DNA from: Deltaproteobacteria bacterium
GTDB lineage: Bacteria > Desulfobacterota > Dissulfuribacteria > Dissulfuribacterales > S140-46
Length of the DNA: 29,834 nucleotides
Direction of reading: 5' to 3'
NCBI GenBank assembly: GCA_015491585.1
Contig: WFVQ01000041.1
Coordinates: 1 to 29,834 of the forward strand
Part shown: one piece after another, positions 9,576 to 19,506 of the stretch
Position numbering within the stretch: position 1 is the first letter of the stretch
How the letters are laid out: each line of letters begins with the position of its first letter
Program-made: the position numbers and the translations under genes
The notes under the pieces: generated by a model
Databases searched by the model: none
Seen by the model: the letters and a program-made list of their open reading frames with translations, nothing else
What the model was told of the DNA's origin: nothing

Positions 9576-9604
9576 TTTTTATAGGCAAGCCAGGGGCAAG
9601 TCAA
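9576..9604 (-). promoter_or_regulatory. Putative sigma-70 promoter for ndk
   Basis: Minus strand reads TTGACT (9604-9599), 17 nt, TAAAAA (9581-9576). An alternative TATAAA sits at 15-nt spacing. Confidence 0.5.
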
Positions 9605-9609
9605 TCTAT

Positions 9610-9623
9610 GATTCCGATTTCTT
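9610..9623 (+). repeat. 14-bp direct repeat, left copy (GATTCCGATTTCTT)
   Basis: Identical to 10388-10401. The pair brackets an AT-richer segment. Confidence 0.85.
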
Positions 9624-9739
9624 ATTTCTGTTGTATTTCTTGAACCTTTTTCCTCTGCAGATTACGAATATAGAAATGAGAGTTTCGCACCGTTCCATTA
9701 TCCCAGGCCAAACGGCTTCACCTCGAAAGGAGAAAGAAG

Positions 9740-10303
9740 GTGAAACTGTCTCAAACAAGCAAAGCCCTTTTTTTGTTTCAGCTAATCCTGTGCAGCGCCA
9801 TATCATTATTTTTATGGGCTTCGCCGGATATGTGTCATGCATTCCGGATAAATGCTCCCCACAATATTGCCAAGGCACCCCAGCCAACAAACAGTGCGAT
9901 TTACACTGGCATGTGCCAATCGGCTATGCATTCCATAAAGATGCCCGGCGGCGGCAAACTCCCCCTCATCATAAAACCCTCCAAATTTATAACCGTAACA
10001 GAAAAGGATATCCGCTCGAATAGCCCGTGCCGATGGACCTACGCTACGGTGGTGGTGTGCATTGACACCTCTAAAAACACGCTTTTTCTTGATCTCCAAG
10101 GCACTGATGAGGATGGCAGGCCAGCGTCCGTAGCATTTGAGTTCCCCTTGAGAAACCAGCAGGTCTTGGTGGATCGAGAATTTGGGGTCTGTGTGAATAC
10201 TAACTACCGCCTGAGGGCAAGCTATGACAAAAGGCATTGGAGCCCCTGGATAACTTTTAGGATCAATGCGCCTCCTAAGGCACATCCCTTCCCCTCCCAC
10301 TGA
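9740..10303 (+). CDS. Hypothetical secreted protein (187 aa)
   Basis: AAGGAG RBS upstream of the GTG start. The N-terminus (MKLSQTSKALFLFQLILCSAISLFLWASPDMCHA) is signal-peptide-like. No family recognised. Confidence 0.6.
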   Translation: MKLSQTSKALFLFQLILCSAISLFLWASPDMCHAFRINAPHNIAKAPQPTNSAIYTGMCQSAMHSIKMPGGGKLPLIIKPSKFITVTEKDIRSNSPCRWTYATVVVCIDTSKNTLFLDLQGTDEDGRPASVAFEFPLRNQQVLVDREFGVCVNTNYRLRASYDKRHWSPWITFRINAPPKAHPFPSH

Positions 10304-10387
10304 AATTATAGCCTTTCATGAGGAATCGAGCCTTCAGGCTGGCGCTCGTAGGTTCCTTCCTGCTTTATGTATCCCTCGGAGAATAGA

Positions 10388-10401
10388 GATTCCGATTTCT
10401 T
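10388..10401 (+). repeat. 14-bp direct repeat, right copy (GATTCCGATTTCTT)
   Basis: Identical to 9610-9623. Its last two bases begin the -35 hexamer of the tRNA-Leu promoter. Confidence 0.85.
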
Positions 10402-10428
10402 GACGCCTTATGGGGTATAGATTAAATT
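10400..10428 (+). promoter_or_regulatory. Putative sigma-70 promoter for tRNA-Leu
   Basis: TTGACG (10400-10405), 17 nt, TAAATT (10423-10428), about 60 nt upstream of the tRNA. Confidence 0.6.
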
Positions 10429-10487
10429 TTTTGCGAGTTGGCCGTCCTGGAAGGCTGCCGTAGCGCCTGCGTCCGCAGGCCGGGTTC

Positions 10488-10573
10488 GCGAGAGTGGCGG
10501 AATTGGCAGACGCACTGGACTTAGGATCCAGCGGGTTTATCCCATGCGAGTTCGAGTCTCGCCTCTCGCACCA
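10488..10573 (+). tRNA. tRNA-Leu (anticodon TAG), CCA encoded
   Basis: Acceptor stem GCGAGAG/CTCTCGC-A-CCA; D arm GGCGGAATTGGCAGAC; anticodon arm CTGGA-CTTAGGA-TCCAG; long variable arm; T arm GCGAG-TTCGAGT-CTCGC. It sits directly upstream of tig. Confidence 0.97.
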
Positions 10574-10777
10574 CTTTCAAGAGCGGGGGTCACCGCTCGC
10601 CCGCCTCTCTTTTTCCAAGGTCAAGCCGTAGAGAATTGCATGGTGTTGTAAAATTTACGGTTTGGTTCTTTTGGGGTGTGGTGCCAAAGGGATTTATGCG
10701 GTAGTCTTCCAAGTTGCCGATGCGGCCGCGCCTCCGCCATGTGGCGGGGAGTTTTGATGGTGGAAAGGAAAGGGCTT

Positions 10778-12073
10778 ATGAAGATAACCGTCGAAGATGT
10801 GAACGAGATCCAGAAGCGCCTCTCTGTGGAGATCCCGGCAGAGGATGTGAGCAAGGAATTCGAGAAGGTCTACAACCGCCTGCGCCGTCAGGTCTCCATC
10901 AAGGGGTTCCGCAAGGGCAAGGCTCCCAACAGCGTGCTCGCTAAGGAGTATGGCGAGGATATCCGCGAGGAGGTGATGAGGAACCTGATCCTCGACACCC
11001 TGGACAAGGCTGTGGAGGATGCTGGTGTAGAGCTCATCTTGCAGCCACAGGTGGAGGATGCAGGGGAATTGAAGGAGGGCAGTGCCTTTACATATACCGC
11101 GCTCCTGGATCTCTGGCCCAAGTTCGAGCTTCCGGAATACAAAGGGCTTAGGCTGGAGCGTCCGCCTGTTGATGTCACCGACGAGGAGGTGGACGAGCAG
11201 TTGGAGGCCCTCCGCAAGCATTTCTCCCTCATAGACGAGCTGGATGAGGAGAGGCCCGTGGCCAGAGGAGACATAGCGGTCATACGCTACAGGGCCTTCA
11301 TAGATGGAGAAGAGGTGGAAGAGCTATGCGAGGATGATTACTTTCTGGAGGTGGGAAGCGGAAACCTCCACGAGAAGGTGGAGGAGGCCTTGGTGGGCAT
11401 GGCCAAGGGCGAGGAGAAGCGGGTGACCGTCTCCTATCCAGAAGATGCCATCAACCAGCTCGTGGCCGGCAAGGAAGTGGAATATGCCGTAGAGATTAAG
11501 GACATAAAGCAGAGGGTCCTTCCAGACCTCGATGACGATTTTGCCAGCAAGGTGAATCCCTCCTTCAAGACCATGGACGAGTTGAAGGAGCGGCTCAGGG
11601 AGCAGATTCGCATGGACAAGGAGGAGGCGGCCCAGCGCAGCCTGGTGCGCCAGTTGCTGGATCAGATAGTGGACAATGTGGATTTTCCGGTGCCGGAACG
11701 GCTGGTGGAATCCAAGCTCACCCAGATGGTGGACAATGTCCGTTCCCACTTCGAAGAGCGGGGGGTGGAGTTCTCCAGGGCCGGCATCTCCGAGGAGCGG
11801 CTCAGGGAGAACATGAGGCAGGACGCCATAGACCAAATCAAGACGGAGATGATCCTCGACAAGATCGCAGAGCAGGAGAACATCTCTCTGACCAACGAGG
11901 AGATAGACAACTATGTAGAAGGATATGCGGCAAGGGCCCAGTTGCACAAGGAGCAGGTGCAGCAGGCGGTGTTACAGCACGTCCTTCCCAAGTTGATAGC
12001 CAACAAGACTGTGAATTTTCTCTTGGAGCAGGCCGAAATAGTAGATGCGCCAGCGGATGCAGCGGAGGAGTAG
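10778..12073 (+). CDS. tig: Trigger factor (431 aa)
   Basis: MKITVEDV...IKGFRKGKAP ribosome-binding signature, FKBP-like middle domain and synteny with clpPX. ATG at 10778 follows AAGGAAAGGG. Confidence 0.95.
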   Translation: MKITVEDVNEIQKRLSVEIPAEDVSKEFEKVYNRLRRQVSIKGFRKGKAPNSVLAKEYGEDIREEVMRNLILDTLDKAVEDAGVELILQPQVEDAGELKEGSAFTYTALLDLWPKFELPEYKGLRLERPPVDVTDEEVDEQLEALRKHFSLIDELDEERPVARGDIAVIRYRAFIDGEEVEELCEDDYFLEVGSGNLHEKVEEALVGMAKGEEKRVTVSYPEDAINQLVAGKEVEYAVEIKDIKQRVLPDLDDDFASKVNPSFKTMDELKERLREQIRMDKEEAAQRSLVRQLLDQIVDNVDFPVPERLVESKLTQMVDNVRSHFEERGVEFSRAGISEERLRENMRQDAIDQIKTEMILDKIAEQENISLTNEEIDNYVEGYAARAQLHKEQVQQAVLQHVLPKLIANKTVNFLLEQAEIVDAPADAAEE

Positions 12074-12079
12074 CGCGCC

Positions 12080-12679
12080 ATGCAGTTGATACCAATGGTC
12101 ATAGAACAGACGCCGCGCGGCGAGCGGGCGTACGATATCTACTCCAGGCTCCTGAAGGAGCGGATCATCTTCCTTGGAAGCGCCATAGACGACAATGTGG
12201 CCAATCTGGTCATAGCCCAGTTGCTGTTTCTGGAGGCGGAAGACCCGAAGCGGGACATCACGCTCTACATCAATTCTCCTGGCGGGTCGGTGACCGCGGG
12301 GCTGGCCATCTATGACACCATGCAGTACATAAAACCCGACGTATCCACCTTGTGCATAGGGCAGGCGGCGAGCATGGGCGCCCTGCTGCTGGCCGCCGGG
12401 GCCAAGGGCAAGCGCTATTCCCTCCCAAACTCGCGGATACTCATTCACCAGCCAATGGGCGGTTTCCACGGCCAGGCCACGGATATCGACATCCACGCCC
12501 GGGAGATCATCAGGCTCAAGGAGAGGCTGAATGCCATCCTCTCGCACCATACCGGCAGGCCGGTGGAGAAGATCCAGGAGGATACCGAGCGGGACTACTT
12601 CATGGGCGGAGAAGAGGCCCGTGAATACGGCCTGATAGACGAGGTGATAGTAAGCCGTTCTGCTTCCCAGGAGGAGTGA
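12080..12679 (+). CDS. clpP: ATP-dependent Clp protease proteolytic subunit
   Basis: [44 protein letters not shown] (catalytic Ser), IHQP (His), ERDYFM (Asp). Confidence 0.98.
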   Translation: MQLIPMVIEQTPRGERAYDIYSRLLKERIIFLGSAIDDNVANLVIAQLLFLEAEDPKRDITLYINSPGGSVTAGLAIYDTMQYIKPDVSTLCIGQAASMGALLLAAGAKGKRYSLPNSRILIHQPMGGFHGQATDIDIHAREIIRLKERLNAILSHHTGRPVEKIQEDTERDYFMGGEEAREYGLIDEVIVSRSASQEE

Positions 12680-12683
12680 TACC

Positions 12684-13949
12684 GTGGCGAAACATGGCAA
12701 TGAAGAAAGTGGACGCAACGGCGGTTTCAGTTGTTCGTTCTGCGGGAAGGGCCAGGACGACGTGAAGAAGCTCATCGCCGGGCCCGGCGTCTTTATCTGT
12801 GACGAGTGTGTTGAACTCTGCAACGACATCCTTGCCGAGGAGTACGAGAAGGAGGATGATCAGGCCGGATATCCATCCGGTCTCCTCAAACCGGCCGAGA
12901 TCAAGTCCATGCTCGATCAGTACGTCGTTGGCCAGGAGCACGCCAAGCGCATTCTCTCGGTGGCCGTCCACAACCACTACAAGAGGATAGATTCCCGCAT
13001 CGAGACCGAGGACGTGGAGCTGGAGAAGAGCAACATCCTGCTGGTAGGGCCTACGGGCAGTGGAAAGACCCTCCTGGCGCAGACCTTGGCCAAGGTCCTG
13101 AACGTGCCGTTCACCATCGCCGATGCCACAACCCTCACCGAGGCGGGCTACGTGGGCGAGGATGTCGAGAACATCATCCTGAATCTTCTGCAGGCGGCCG
13201 ACTATGACGTGGAGCTGGCCCAGAGGGGGATCGTCTATATTGACGAGATTGACAAAATCGCGCGCAAGGCGGACAGTCCTTCCATCACCCGCGATGTGTC
13301 GGGCGAGGGCGTGCAGCAGGCGCTTCTCAAGATCATAGAGGGTACAGTGGCCAACGTCCCCCCCAAGGGTGGACGGAAACACCCCCAGCAGGAGTTCGTG
13401 AAGGTCGATACCACGAATATCCTCTTCATCGTGGGCGGAGCCTTCGTCGGCCTCGACGCCATAGTCAAGACCAGGATGGGAAAGTTCTCCATAGGATTCG
13501 GCAAGGACGTCCAGGGGGCCAGGGAGATGTCCCTGGGCGAGGTGCTGCGCCAGGTCCAGCCCGAAGATCTCATTAAGTTCGGGCTTATCCCGGAGTTCGT
13601 GGGCAGGATTCCAGTGATAGCCACCTTGGACGAGTTGACCAAGGAGGACCTCAAGCGGATAATGGTGGAACCCAGGAACGCTATCATAAAGCAGTTCCAG
13701 AAGCTGTTCGCCATGGACAACATCGATCTCCATTTCTCGGACGAGGCCCTCGAGGCCATAGCAGAAAAGGCCCTGGAGAGGAATACCGGCGCCAGGGGGT
13801 TGCGGGCCATACTCGAAGAGGCGATGCTGGATGTCATGTACGAGCTGCCTTCCAAGGAGGACGTGCGGGAGTGCCTCATCACCGAGGAGGTGATAAAGAG
13901 CGGCAAGGAGCCCATTCTCCTGTATGAACCTCAGGCAAAGGCATCCTGA
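12684..13949 (+). CDS. clpX: ATP-dependent Clp protease ATP-binding subunit
   Basis: Zinc finger CSFC...[63 protein letters not shown]. Confidence 0.98.
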   Translation: MAKHGNEESGRNGGFSCSFCGKGQDDVKKLIAGPGVFICDECVELCNDILAEEYEKEDDQAGYPSGLLKPAEIKSMLDQYVVGQEHAKRILSVAVHNHYKRIDSRIETEDVELEKSNILLVGPTGSGKTLLAQTLAKVLNVPFTIADATTLTEAGYVGEDVENIILNLLQAADYDVELAQRGIVYIDEIDKIARKADSPSITRDVSGEGVQQALLKIIEGTVANVPPKGGRKHPQQEFVKVDTTNILFIVGGAFVGLDAIVKTRMGKFSIGFGKDVQGAREMSLGEVLRQVQPEDLIKFGLIPEFVGRIPVIATLDELTKEDLKRIMVEPRNAIIKQFQKLFAMDNIDLHFSDEALEAIAEKALERNTGARGLRAILEEAMLDVMYELPSKEDVRECLITEEVIKSGKEPILLYEPQAKAS

Positions 13950-13965
13950 GTCCTGCCGAGGCGGT

Positions 13966-13995
13966 AGGAGGCCTGAGGCCATTTTGGGGCCTCCT
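13966..13995 (+). terminator. Hairpin between clpX and lon (possible terminator/attenuator)
   Basis: AGGAGGCC (13966-13973) pairs with GGCCTCCT (13988-13995). There is no clean U-tract. Confidence 0.35.
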
Positions 13996-14079
13996 TCGTT
14001 GCCCAATCGTTGTGGTGGATGTATCCTGTAGATAGAATTACTCCATGGGCCGGCGGGCCCTGAAACACGCAGGTCATCT

Positions 14080-16491
14080 ATGAGCGAGCCAAAGCGCATG
14101 ATAATGCCCATGCTGCCATTGAGGGACATCGTCCTGTTTCCTCATATGGTGGCCAGGCCCTTCATCGGCAGGGAGAAATCCGTCCAGGCCGTAGAAGAGG
14201 CCATGAACAATAACCACGAGATCTTCCTTGCCGCCCAGAAGGATGCCAAGGTGGACGATCCCAAAGAGAGGGATATCTACCGTTTAGGCACGGTGGGTAC
14301 CATCCTTCAGTTGCTCCGCCTTCCCGATGGGACGGTCAAGGCCCTGATAGAGGGCAAGCAGCGGGCCAGAGTCGTGGGGTTCGTGCAGTCCTCGCCCTAT
14401 TTCTCGGTTGAGATCGAGTTGCTTCCTGAGGTGCAGCAGCGGGGGCCAGAGGTGGAGGCCCTCATGCGTCTCACTGTGGAGGCCTTTGACGAATATGTGA
14501 AGCTCAACAAGAAGATTCCTCCCGAGGTGGCGCTTTCCATCTCCTCCATCACCGATCCCGTGCGCCTTGCAGACACCATAGCAGGCCACATTCCCTTGAA
14601 GGTTGCGGACAAGCAGGTCCTGCTGGAACAGCTCAATCCTGTGCGCCGTCTCGAGAAGCTCTACCAGCTCATGCGGGCCGAGGCCGAGGTCATCCATCTG
14701 GAGCAGCGGATCAAGGAGCGGGTCAAGAAACAGATGGAGAAGAACCAGAAGGACTACTACCTTAACGAGCAGATCCGCGCCATTCAGAAGGAGATGGGGC
14801 AGAAGGACGATGCCCAGAGCGACCTGGCCGATCTCGAGAAGAGGATAAAACGCAAGAAACTTCCCAGAGAGGCCGCTGCAAAGGTAAGGCACGAGCTCAA
14901 GAAGCTGAAACTCATGTCGCCTATGTCCGCTGAGGCGACGGTGGTGAGGAATTATATAGACTGGGTCCTGTCGCTCCCCTGGTACGAGACCACCAAGGAC
15001 AAGCACGACCTCAATGAGGCGGAGCGCATATTGGACGAGGATCACTACGGTCTCGAGAAACCCAAGGAGAGGATCTTAGAGTATCTCGCCGTCCAGAGCC
15101 TGGTCAAGAAGATGAAAGGACCCATCCTCTGCCTGGTGGGGCCTCCTGGAGTGGGCAAGACCTCGCTGGCCAAGTCGGTAGCCAGGGCGCTGGGCCGCAA
15201 TTTCGTCAGGCTTTCCCTGGGAGGAGTGAGGGACGAGGCCGAGATAAGGGGGCACCGCCGCACATACATCGGCTCCATGCCAGGGAAGATAATCCAGTCC
15301 CTGAAGAAGGCCAGGAGCAGCAATCCGGTCTTCTGCCTCGATGAGGTGGACAAGATGAGCGCGGACTTCAGAGGCGATCCCTCGGCAGCGCTTCTCGAGG
15401 TGCTGGACCCTGAGCAGAACTACGCCTTCAATGACCACTACCTGGACCTGGACTACGACCTCTCCAAGGTGATGTTCATAACTACGGCCAACACCCTTCA
15501 TACCATTCCTCCTCCCCTGCAGGACAGAATGGAGATAATCGAGATCCCAGGGTACACCGAGGAGGAGAAGCTTGAGATAGCAAAGGGTTATCTGCTGCCC
15601 CGTCAGCTCGAGGCCCACGGCCTGAAGCCGGACCAGGCATCCATCACCCAGCGGGCGATCCTGGAGATGATCCGTTCCTACACCAGAGAGGCCGGAGTCC
15701 GCGGCCTGGAGAGATGCTTGGCTGCCATATGCCGCAAGATAGCCAGGGAGATCGTCACTTCTGATCAGAAGGATAGGACCATAAAGGTCACCCAGGCGTC
15801 CCTTGGAAAGTACCTCGGCGTGCCGAAATACCGTTTTGGCCAGGCCGAGGAGAAGGAACAGGTGGGAGTGGCTACCGGCCTTGCATGGACCGAGACCGGA
15901 GGGACGCTTCTCCAGATAGAGGCGGCTGTTATGCCAGGCAAGGGCAAGCTCACCACCACAGGCAAGCTGGGCGACGTAATGCAGGAGTCGGTGCAGGCGG
16001 CCATGAGCTATGTGCGCAGCCGGGCCCATCAACTGGGGTTGCCCTGGGATTTCTATCAGAAGGTGGATATCCATGTCCATGTGCCGGAAGGGGCGATCCC
16101 CAAGGACGGCCCTTCGGCGGGCATCACCATAGCCACGGCCATAGTCTCCGCGCTCCTGAAGGTGCCGGTGAAGCACAACCTCGCAATGACCGGAGAGATC
16201 ACCCTGCGGGGTCGGGTGCTTCCCATAGGCGGATTGAAGGAGAAGCTGCTCGCCGCCCGCCGTGGCGGTATCGAGAAGGTGCTCATACCAGGCCAGAACG
16301 AGAAGGACCTCAAGGAGATTTCGACGAAGATCACCAGGTCGGTCAAGATCGAGCGGGTGGATCACATGGACGAGGTGCTCAAGCTGGCGCTCTCAGACGA
16401 GGCGGCCGACATCATGGCGAATCTGGACTCGGTGGAGGCGCCGGACTGGTTCAGGGGAGAAGGTGTCTCGACGGAGCTGCCCGCCCATTAG
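14080..16491 (+). CDS. lon: Lon (La) ATP-dependent protease
   Basis: N-domain [12 protein letters not shown], Walker [46 protein letters not shown] (catalytic Ser), GGLKEK (catalytic Lys). Confidence 0.98.
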   Translation: MSEPKRMIMPMLPLRDIVLFPHMVARPFIGREKSVQAVEEAMNNNHEIFLAAQKDAKVDDPKERDIYRLGTVGTILQLLRLPDGTVKALIEGKQRARVVGFVQSSPYFSVEIELLPEVQQRGPEVEALMRLTVEAFDEYVKLNKKIPPEVALSISSITDPVRLADTIAGHIPLKVADKQVLLEQLNPVRRLEKLYQLMRAEAEVIHLEQRIKERVKKQMEKNQKDYYLNEQIRAIQKEMGQKDDAQSDLADLEKRIKRKKLPREAAAKVRHELKKLKLMSPMSAEATVVRNYIDWVLSLPWYETTKDKHDLNEAERILDEDHYGLEKPKERILEYLAVQSLVKKMKGPILCLVGPPGVGKTSLAKSVARALGRNFVRLSLGGVRDEAEIRGHRRTYIGSMPGKIIQSLKKARSSNPVFCLDEVDKMSADFRGDPSAALLEVLDPEQNYAFNDHYLDLDYDLSKVMFITTANTLHTIPPPLQDRMEIIEIPGYTEEEKLEIAKGYLLPRQLEAHGLKPDQASITQRAILEMIRSYTREAGVRGLERCLAAICRKIAREIVTSDQKDRTIKVTQASLGKYLGVPKYRFGQAEEKEQVGVATGLAWTETGGTLLQIEAAVMPGKGKLTTTGKLGDVMQESVQAAMSYVRSRAHQLGLPWDFYQKVDIHVHVPEGAIPKDGPSAGITIATAIVSALLKVPVKHNLAMTGEITLRGRVLPIGGLKEKLLAARRGGIEKVLIPGQNEKDLKEISTKITRSVKIERVDHMDEVLKLALSDEAADIMANLDSVEAPDWFRGEGVSTELPAH

Positions 16492-16502
16492 CGGTCCGCA
16501 CT

Positions 16503-17531
16503 CTAATTTATGAAGATAGACTGGTATTTCTTGAAGTCCTCCAGGCAGCGGCCGGCACCCTCCACTACCGTGTAGAAGGGGTTCGGGGCCAGGTTGAACT
16601 TCAGTCCGCAGCTGTTCTCCAGGAATTTCTGGATCCCCTTCAATAGTGCCCCTCCCCCCACGAGGGTCACACCGTTCTCTGAGATCTTCTTTATGTCGCT
16701 CCTGGACTGCTCGTTGAGGAGGTTCACGATTACGCTGCTCATGGCCTCGAGGGGCTCCATGAGCGCCTCCCTCAGCTCTGCAGGCCGTATCTTTACTGTG
16801 AGCGGCTGCCCTGTCGCGACATCCTTGCCTGAGATCTCGTAGGGCACCTGGTCCCAACTGAAGGACCAGGCCGAGCCCCGCTCCCATTTCACCTTTTCCG
16901 CATGGTTGGGTCCTATCTCCAGGCCGTACCTCTGGAGGAGCCACTCCCTGATGGCCTCGTCGAGTTCGTCTCCAGCCACCTTTGCGGCATCGTTCGCCAC
17001 ATATGCCATCTCCGCCACGATGGCGACCTCGGTGGTGCCGCCTCCGATGTCCACCACCATGTGTGGGGTGGTCTCCTCTATGGGCAGCCTGGTGCCGATG
17101 GCTGCGGCCATGACCTCCTCCAGCAGGAAGATGTTCTTGATACCCGCCTCCCTGGCCGCGTCCAGTACGGCCTTTTTCTCCACCTGTGTGATGTTGGATG
17201 GGACGCATATTATAGTGCGCGGTGGCAATATGCCCTTGGCCTGCTGGGCCTTGGACAGGAGATGTTTTATCAGGAGGGTCATGGCGTCGAAGTCCTCTAT
17301 CACCCCGTCTTTCATGGGGCGCAGGGCCTTCAGACCCGATGGGGTGCGGCCCAGGTACTCCTTTGCCTCAGCGCCGAAGGCCACGGCATCTCCCTCCTGG
17401 TTGAGGCATATGGCAGTGGGCTCGTTGAGGACCACCCCTTCGCCCTGGAGATATATCAGGGTGTTGGCAGTCCCAAGATCCATGGCGAAGTCCTGTTTGA
17501 CTAAGCTTTTCAAAAGTTTGATGGCAGACAT
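16503..17531 (-). CDS. mreB: MreB-family actin-like ATPase (solo paralogue, no mreC/mreD)
   Basis: AMDLGTANT (phosphate 1), VVLNEP, RPMKDGVIEDF, EEVMAAAIG, VVDIGGGTTEVA (phosphate 2), AGDELDEAI, TLVGGGALL. Confidence 0.88.
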   Translation of the reverse strand: MSAIKLLKSLVKQDFAMDLGTANTLIYLQGEGVVLNEPTAICLNQEGDAVAFGAEAKEYLGRTPSGLKALRPMKDGVIEDFDAMTLLIKHLLSKAQQAKGILPPRTIICVPSNITQVEKKAVLDAAREAGIKNIFLLEEVMAAAIGTRLPIEETTPHMVVDIGGGTTEVAIVAEMAYVANDAAKVAGDELDEAIREWLLQRYGLEIGPNHAEKVKWERGSAWSFSWDQVPYEISGKDVATGQPLTVKIRPAELREALMEPLEAMSSVIVNLLNEQSRSDIKKISENGVTLVGGGALLKGIQKFLENSCGLKFNLAPNPFYTVVEGAGRCLEDFKKYQSIFIN

Positions 17532-17558
17532 GACGTTCCTCCTCCCCTGCGGCCGGAT

Positions 17559-18446
17559 CTATGAGCACACAAAGCCGCCTTGCCCGGCCCCTTTGGCCGC
17601 CAACGCTAAGATGGCTTCGAATCCCTTTGGATAGGAAGAGAGATCGAAGTCCCCGTTGAAAGCCATGACATTAGACCATCCATCCTCCTCGACGTGGATA
17701 ATAACCAGTCTGCCCGATTTTTGCACCCTTTCGCCCTTGTAGAGTAGAAACTGTCTCGGGGAGAGGGGTTTCCGTAGGCGAAGGTGGCGTCTATACCGGA
17801 AGCACCAGCCCACCAGCCCTTCCGACACGGAGATGGACCTGCCGAGGATCGAGGGCGAGCGCCACTGTCCCAGGGCATCAGTCACTCGGTATTGGTCGGA
17901 TCCTTTCGGCAGGCAGGCGGATAGGGCCCCCTCCGCCTCCAGATGGGCGGCTATGACGTGGAGAGGGGGGAGGTGCGAGAGGGCGAGCTGGGACTGGAGC
18001 GCATAGAAGCTCTTAAGTCCCTGGAGCTCTGCCTTCTGGTGTTCCAATTCCAGGAGGGAAGCGGCGATGCCAGGGCAGTTGCGGAATATCTTCTGGCGCT
18101 TCTCGGTGAATGCGTAACGGCTCTTGCTGTCTATCATGAGTACGCCCTCACCATCGGGCAGGGGTGCGGCCAGCAGCGCCTTTATTCCAACATCCCGCTG
18201 ATATATGCCAAGTGTGCGTGTATCCCTGTCGAAGCGCGTCACGTGAACGGTCTTTCCCTCCCTGTAGATCCAGCCCAAGATGCCCTGACCGGGCGCGATG
18301 GCTGCGCCTGGCATCAGCGCGTCGCTCAATGTGCAATAGTGGGAGACCACGAGCCTCTCCCTGGCCTCGCGCAGTACGAGGGCCACAGTGTGGGCCTCGA
18401 AGAAATTGGCCAGCAGGTGGAGATAGTTGTCAAGCCTGGAGGACAC
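17559..18446 (-). CDS. GAF-domain protein (probably tandem GAF-like), no recognisable output domain
   Basis: GQGILGWIYREGK and a second SEGLVGWCFRYRR are GAF-type GxGxxGW motifs. LLAAPL and GVLMIDS are typical GAF strands. GTG start overlaps mtnA. Confidence 0.75.
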   Translation of the reverse strand: MSSRLDNYLHLLANFFEAHTVALVLREARERLVVSHYCTLSDALMPGAAIAPGQGILGWIYREGKTVHVTRFDRDTRTLGIYQRDVGIKALLAAPLPDGEGVLMIDSKSRYAFTEKRQKIFRNCPGIAASLLELEHQKAELQGLKSFYALQSQLALSHLPPLHVIAAHLEAEGALSACLPKGSDQYRVTDALGQWRSPSILGRSISVSEGLVGWCFRYRRHLRLRKPLSPRQFLLYKGERVQKSGRLVIIHVEEDGWSNVMAFNGDFDLSSYPKGFEAILALAAKGAGQGGFVCS

Positions 18447-19506
18447 TTTCGATGGCCCGGTGGAATGGAGGCTTGAGCACTCCCTTTTCGGTGACGATGG
18501 CGGTCACCAGGTGGGCGGGAGTGATGTCGAACACCTGGTTCACGGCCCTTGCACCAGGAGGTGCCAGAGGGCTCGACAGCAGGGTGAGCACCTCCTCTTC
18601 GGGACGCTCCTCTATCACGATCTCTTCCCCGGTGGCGGTGGCGGGATCGAGAGTGGAGGTAGGCGCAGCCACATAGAAGGGGATGCAGTGGGCGCGGGCC
18701 AGCACAGCGAGGTTGTACGTCCCTATCTTGTTGGCCACGTCTCCGTTGGCGGCTATCCTGTCCGCGCCCACGACCACCGCCTGTATCCTTCCCTGTCTCA
18801 TGAGCGAGCCTGCCGCGCCTTCCACCACGAGTGAGACAGGGATGCCATCCTTCAGGAGTTCCCATGCAGTGAGGCGGGAGCCCTGGAGCCACGGTCTGGT
18901 TTCGTCGGCCAACACGGAGATTCCATTCTTGACCCTATAGGCGCTTCTGATCACCCCCAGGGCCGTGCCATAGCCCCCCGTGGCGAGGGCCCCTGCATTG
19001 CAGTGGGTGAGTATCGTGGCTCCGTCGGGAATGAGAGCGGCTCCTGCATCGCCCATAGCCAAGTTGGCCTCGACATCCTCCTCCCAGATGGAGACCGCCT
19101 CTGTCTCCAGGTTGCCCACTGGATCGTCCAGCCCCTCGCGGGCCCTTCCCAGCATCCGTTTCACGGCCCACGAGAGGTTGACCGCGGTGGGGCGCGCTTC
19201 ACTCAATCCCTTTCCAGCCTCTTCCAGGCGTTCGATCAGGGCCTCCCCCCATCTCTCACGATTGGCCTTGGCGGCGAGCACCATCCCGAAGGCCGCGGTG
19301 ATGCCTATGGCCGGCGCTCCCCTTACGACCATGTCGGTGATGGCCTTGGCGGCCTCCTCCCACGAGGAGAGGTGGAGCCACCTCTCCTCATGTGGCAGCA
19401 GCCGCTGATCCAGCAGCGAGAGGAGCTTGCCGTCCCAGTCTATGGGGACCACGGAGGAACCTCCTCTCTCTCTCAATCTGGCCCTTATCCGCTCCGCCTT
19501 GCTCAT
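18430..19506 (-). CDS. mtnA: S-methyl-5-thioribose-1-phosphate isomerase
   Basis: [88 protein letters not shown]. Confidence 0.96.
   Translation of the reverse strand: MSKAERIRARLRERGGSSVVPIDWDGKLLSLLDQRLLPHEERWLHLSSWEEAAKAITDMVVRGAPAIGITAAFGMVLAAKANRERWGEALIERLEEAGKGLSEARPTAVNLSWAVKRMLGRAREGLDDPVGNLETEAVSIWEEDVEANLAMGDAGAALIPDGATILTHCNAGALATGGYGTALGVIRSAYRVKNGISVLADETRPWLQGSRLTAWELLKDGIPVSLVVEGAAGSLMRQGRIQAVVVGADRIAANGDVANKIGTYNLAVLARAHCIPFYVAAPTSTLDPATATGEEIVIEERPEEEVLTLLSSPLAPPGARAVNQVFDITPAHLVTAIVTEKGVLKPPFHRAIESVLQA

Noticed and set aside
9523-10300. Alternative ORFs 9523..10023 (+), 9606..9890 (-) and 9812..10300 (-)
   Set aside because: They lack an RBS or coherent features. The 9740..10303 frame has both an RBS and a signal peptide.
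9610-10573. Classical tRNA-integrated island or prophage att site
   Set aside because: The 14-bp repeat does not match the tRNA 3' end, the cassette lies upstream of the tRNA, and there is no integrase.
10676-10777. N-terminal extensions given by the ORF track (tig; likewise ndk, gatB, pilin, ogt, FqrB-like and SpoIIAA-like genes)
   Set aside because: Downstream ATGs have RBSs or coupling to the previous gene, and they match the family N-termini.
12600-14129. 509-aa minus-strand ORF
   Set aside because: It is an antisense shadow of clpX with no recognisable motifs. Long antisense frames are common in GC-rich coding DNA.
15076-16365. 429-aa minus-strand ORF and other long ORFs overlapping tig, lon, gatB and mreB
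   Set aside because: They lie wholly within well-supported genes on another frame or strand and show no protein-family features.
16503-17531. Magnetosome actin MamK/Mad28
   Set aside because: The motifs are MreB-like and no mam or mad genes are nearby.
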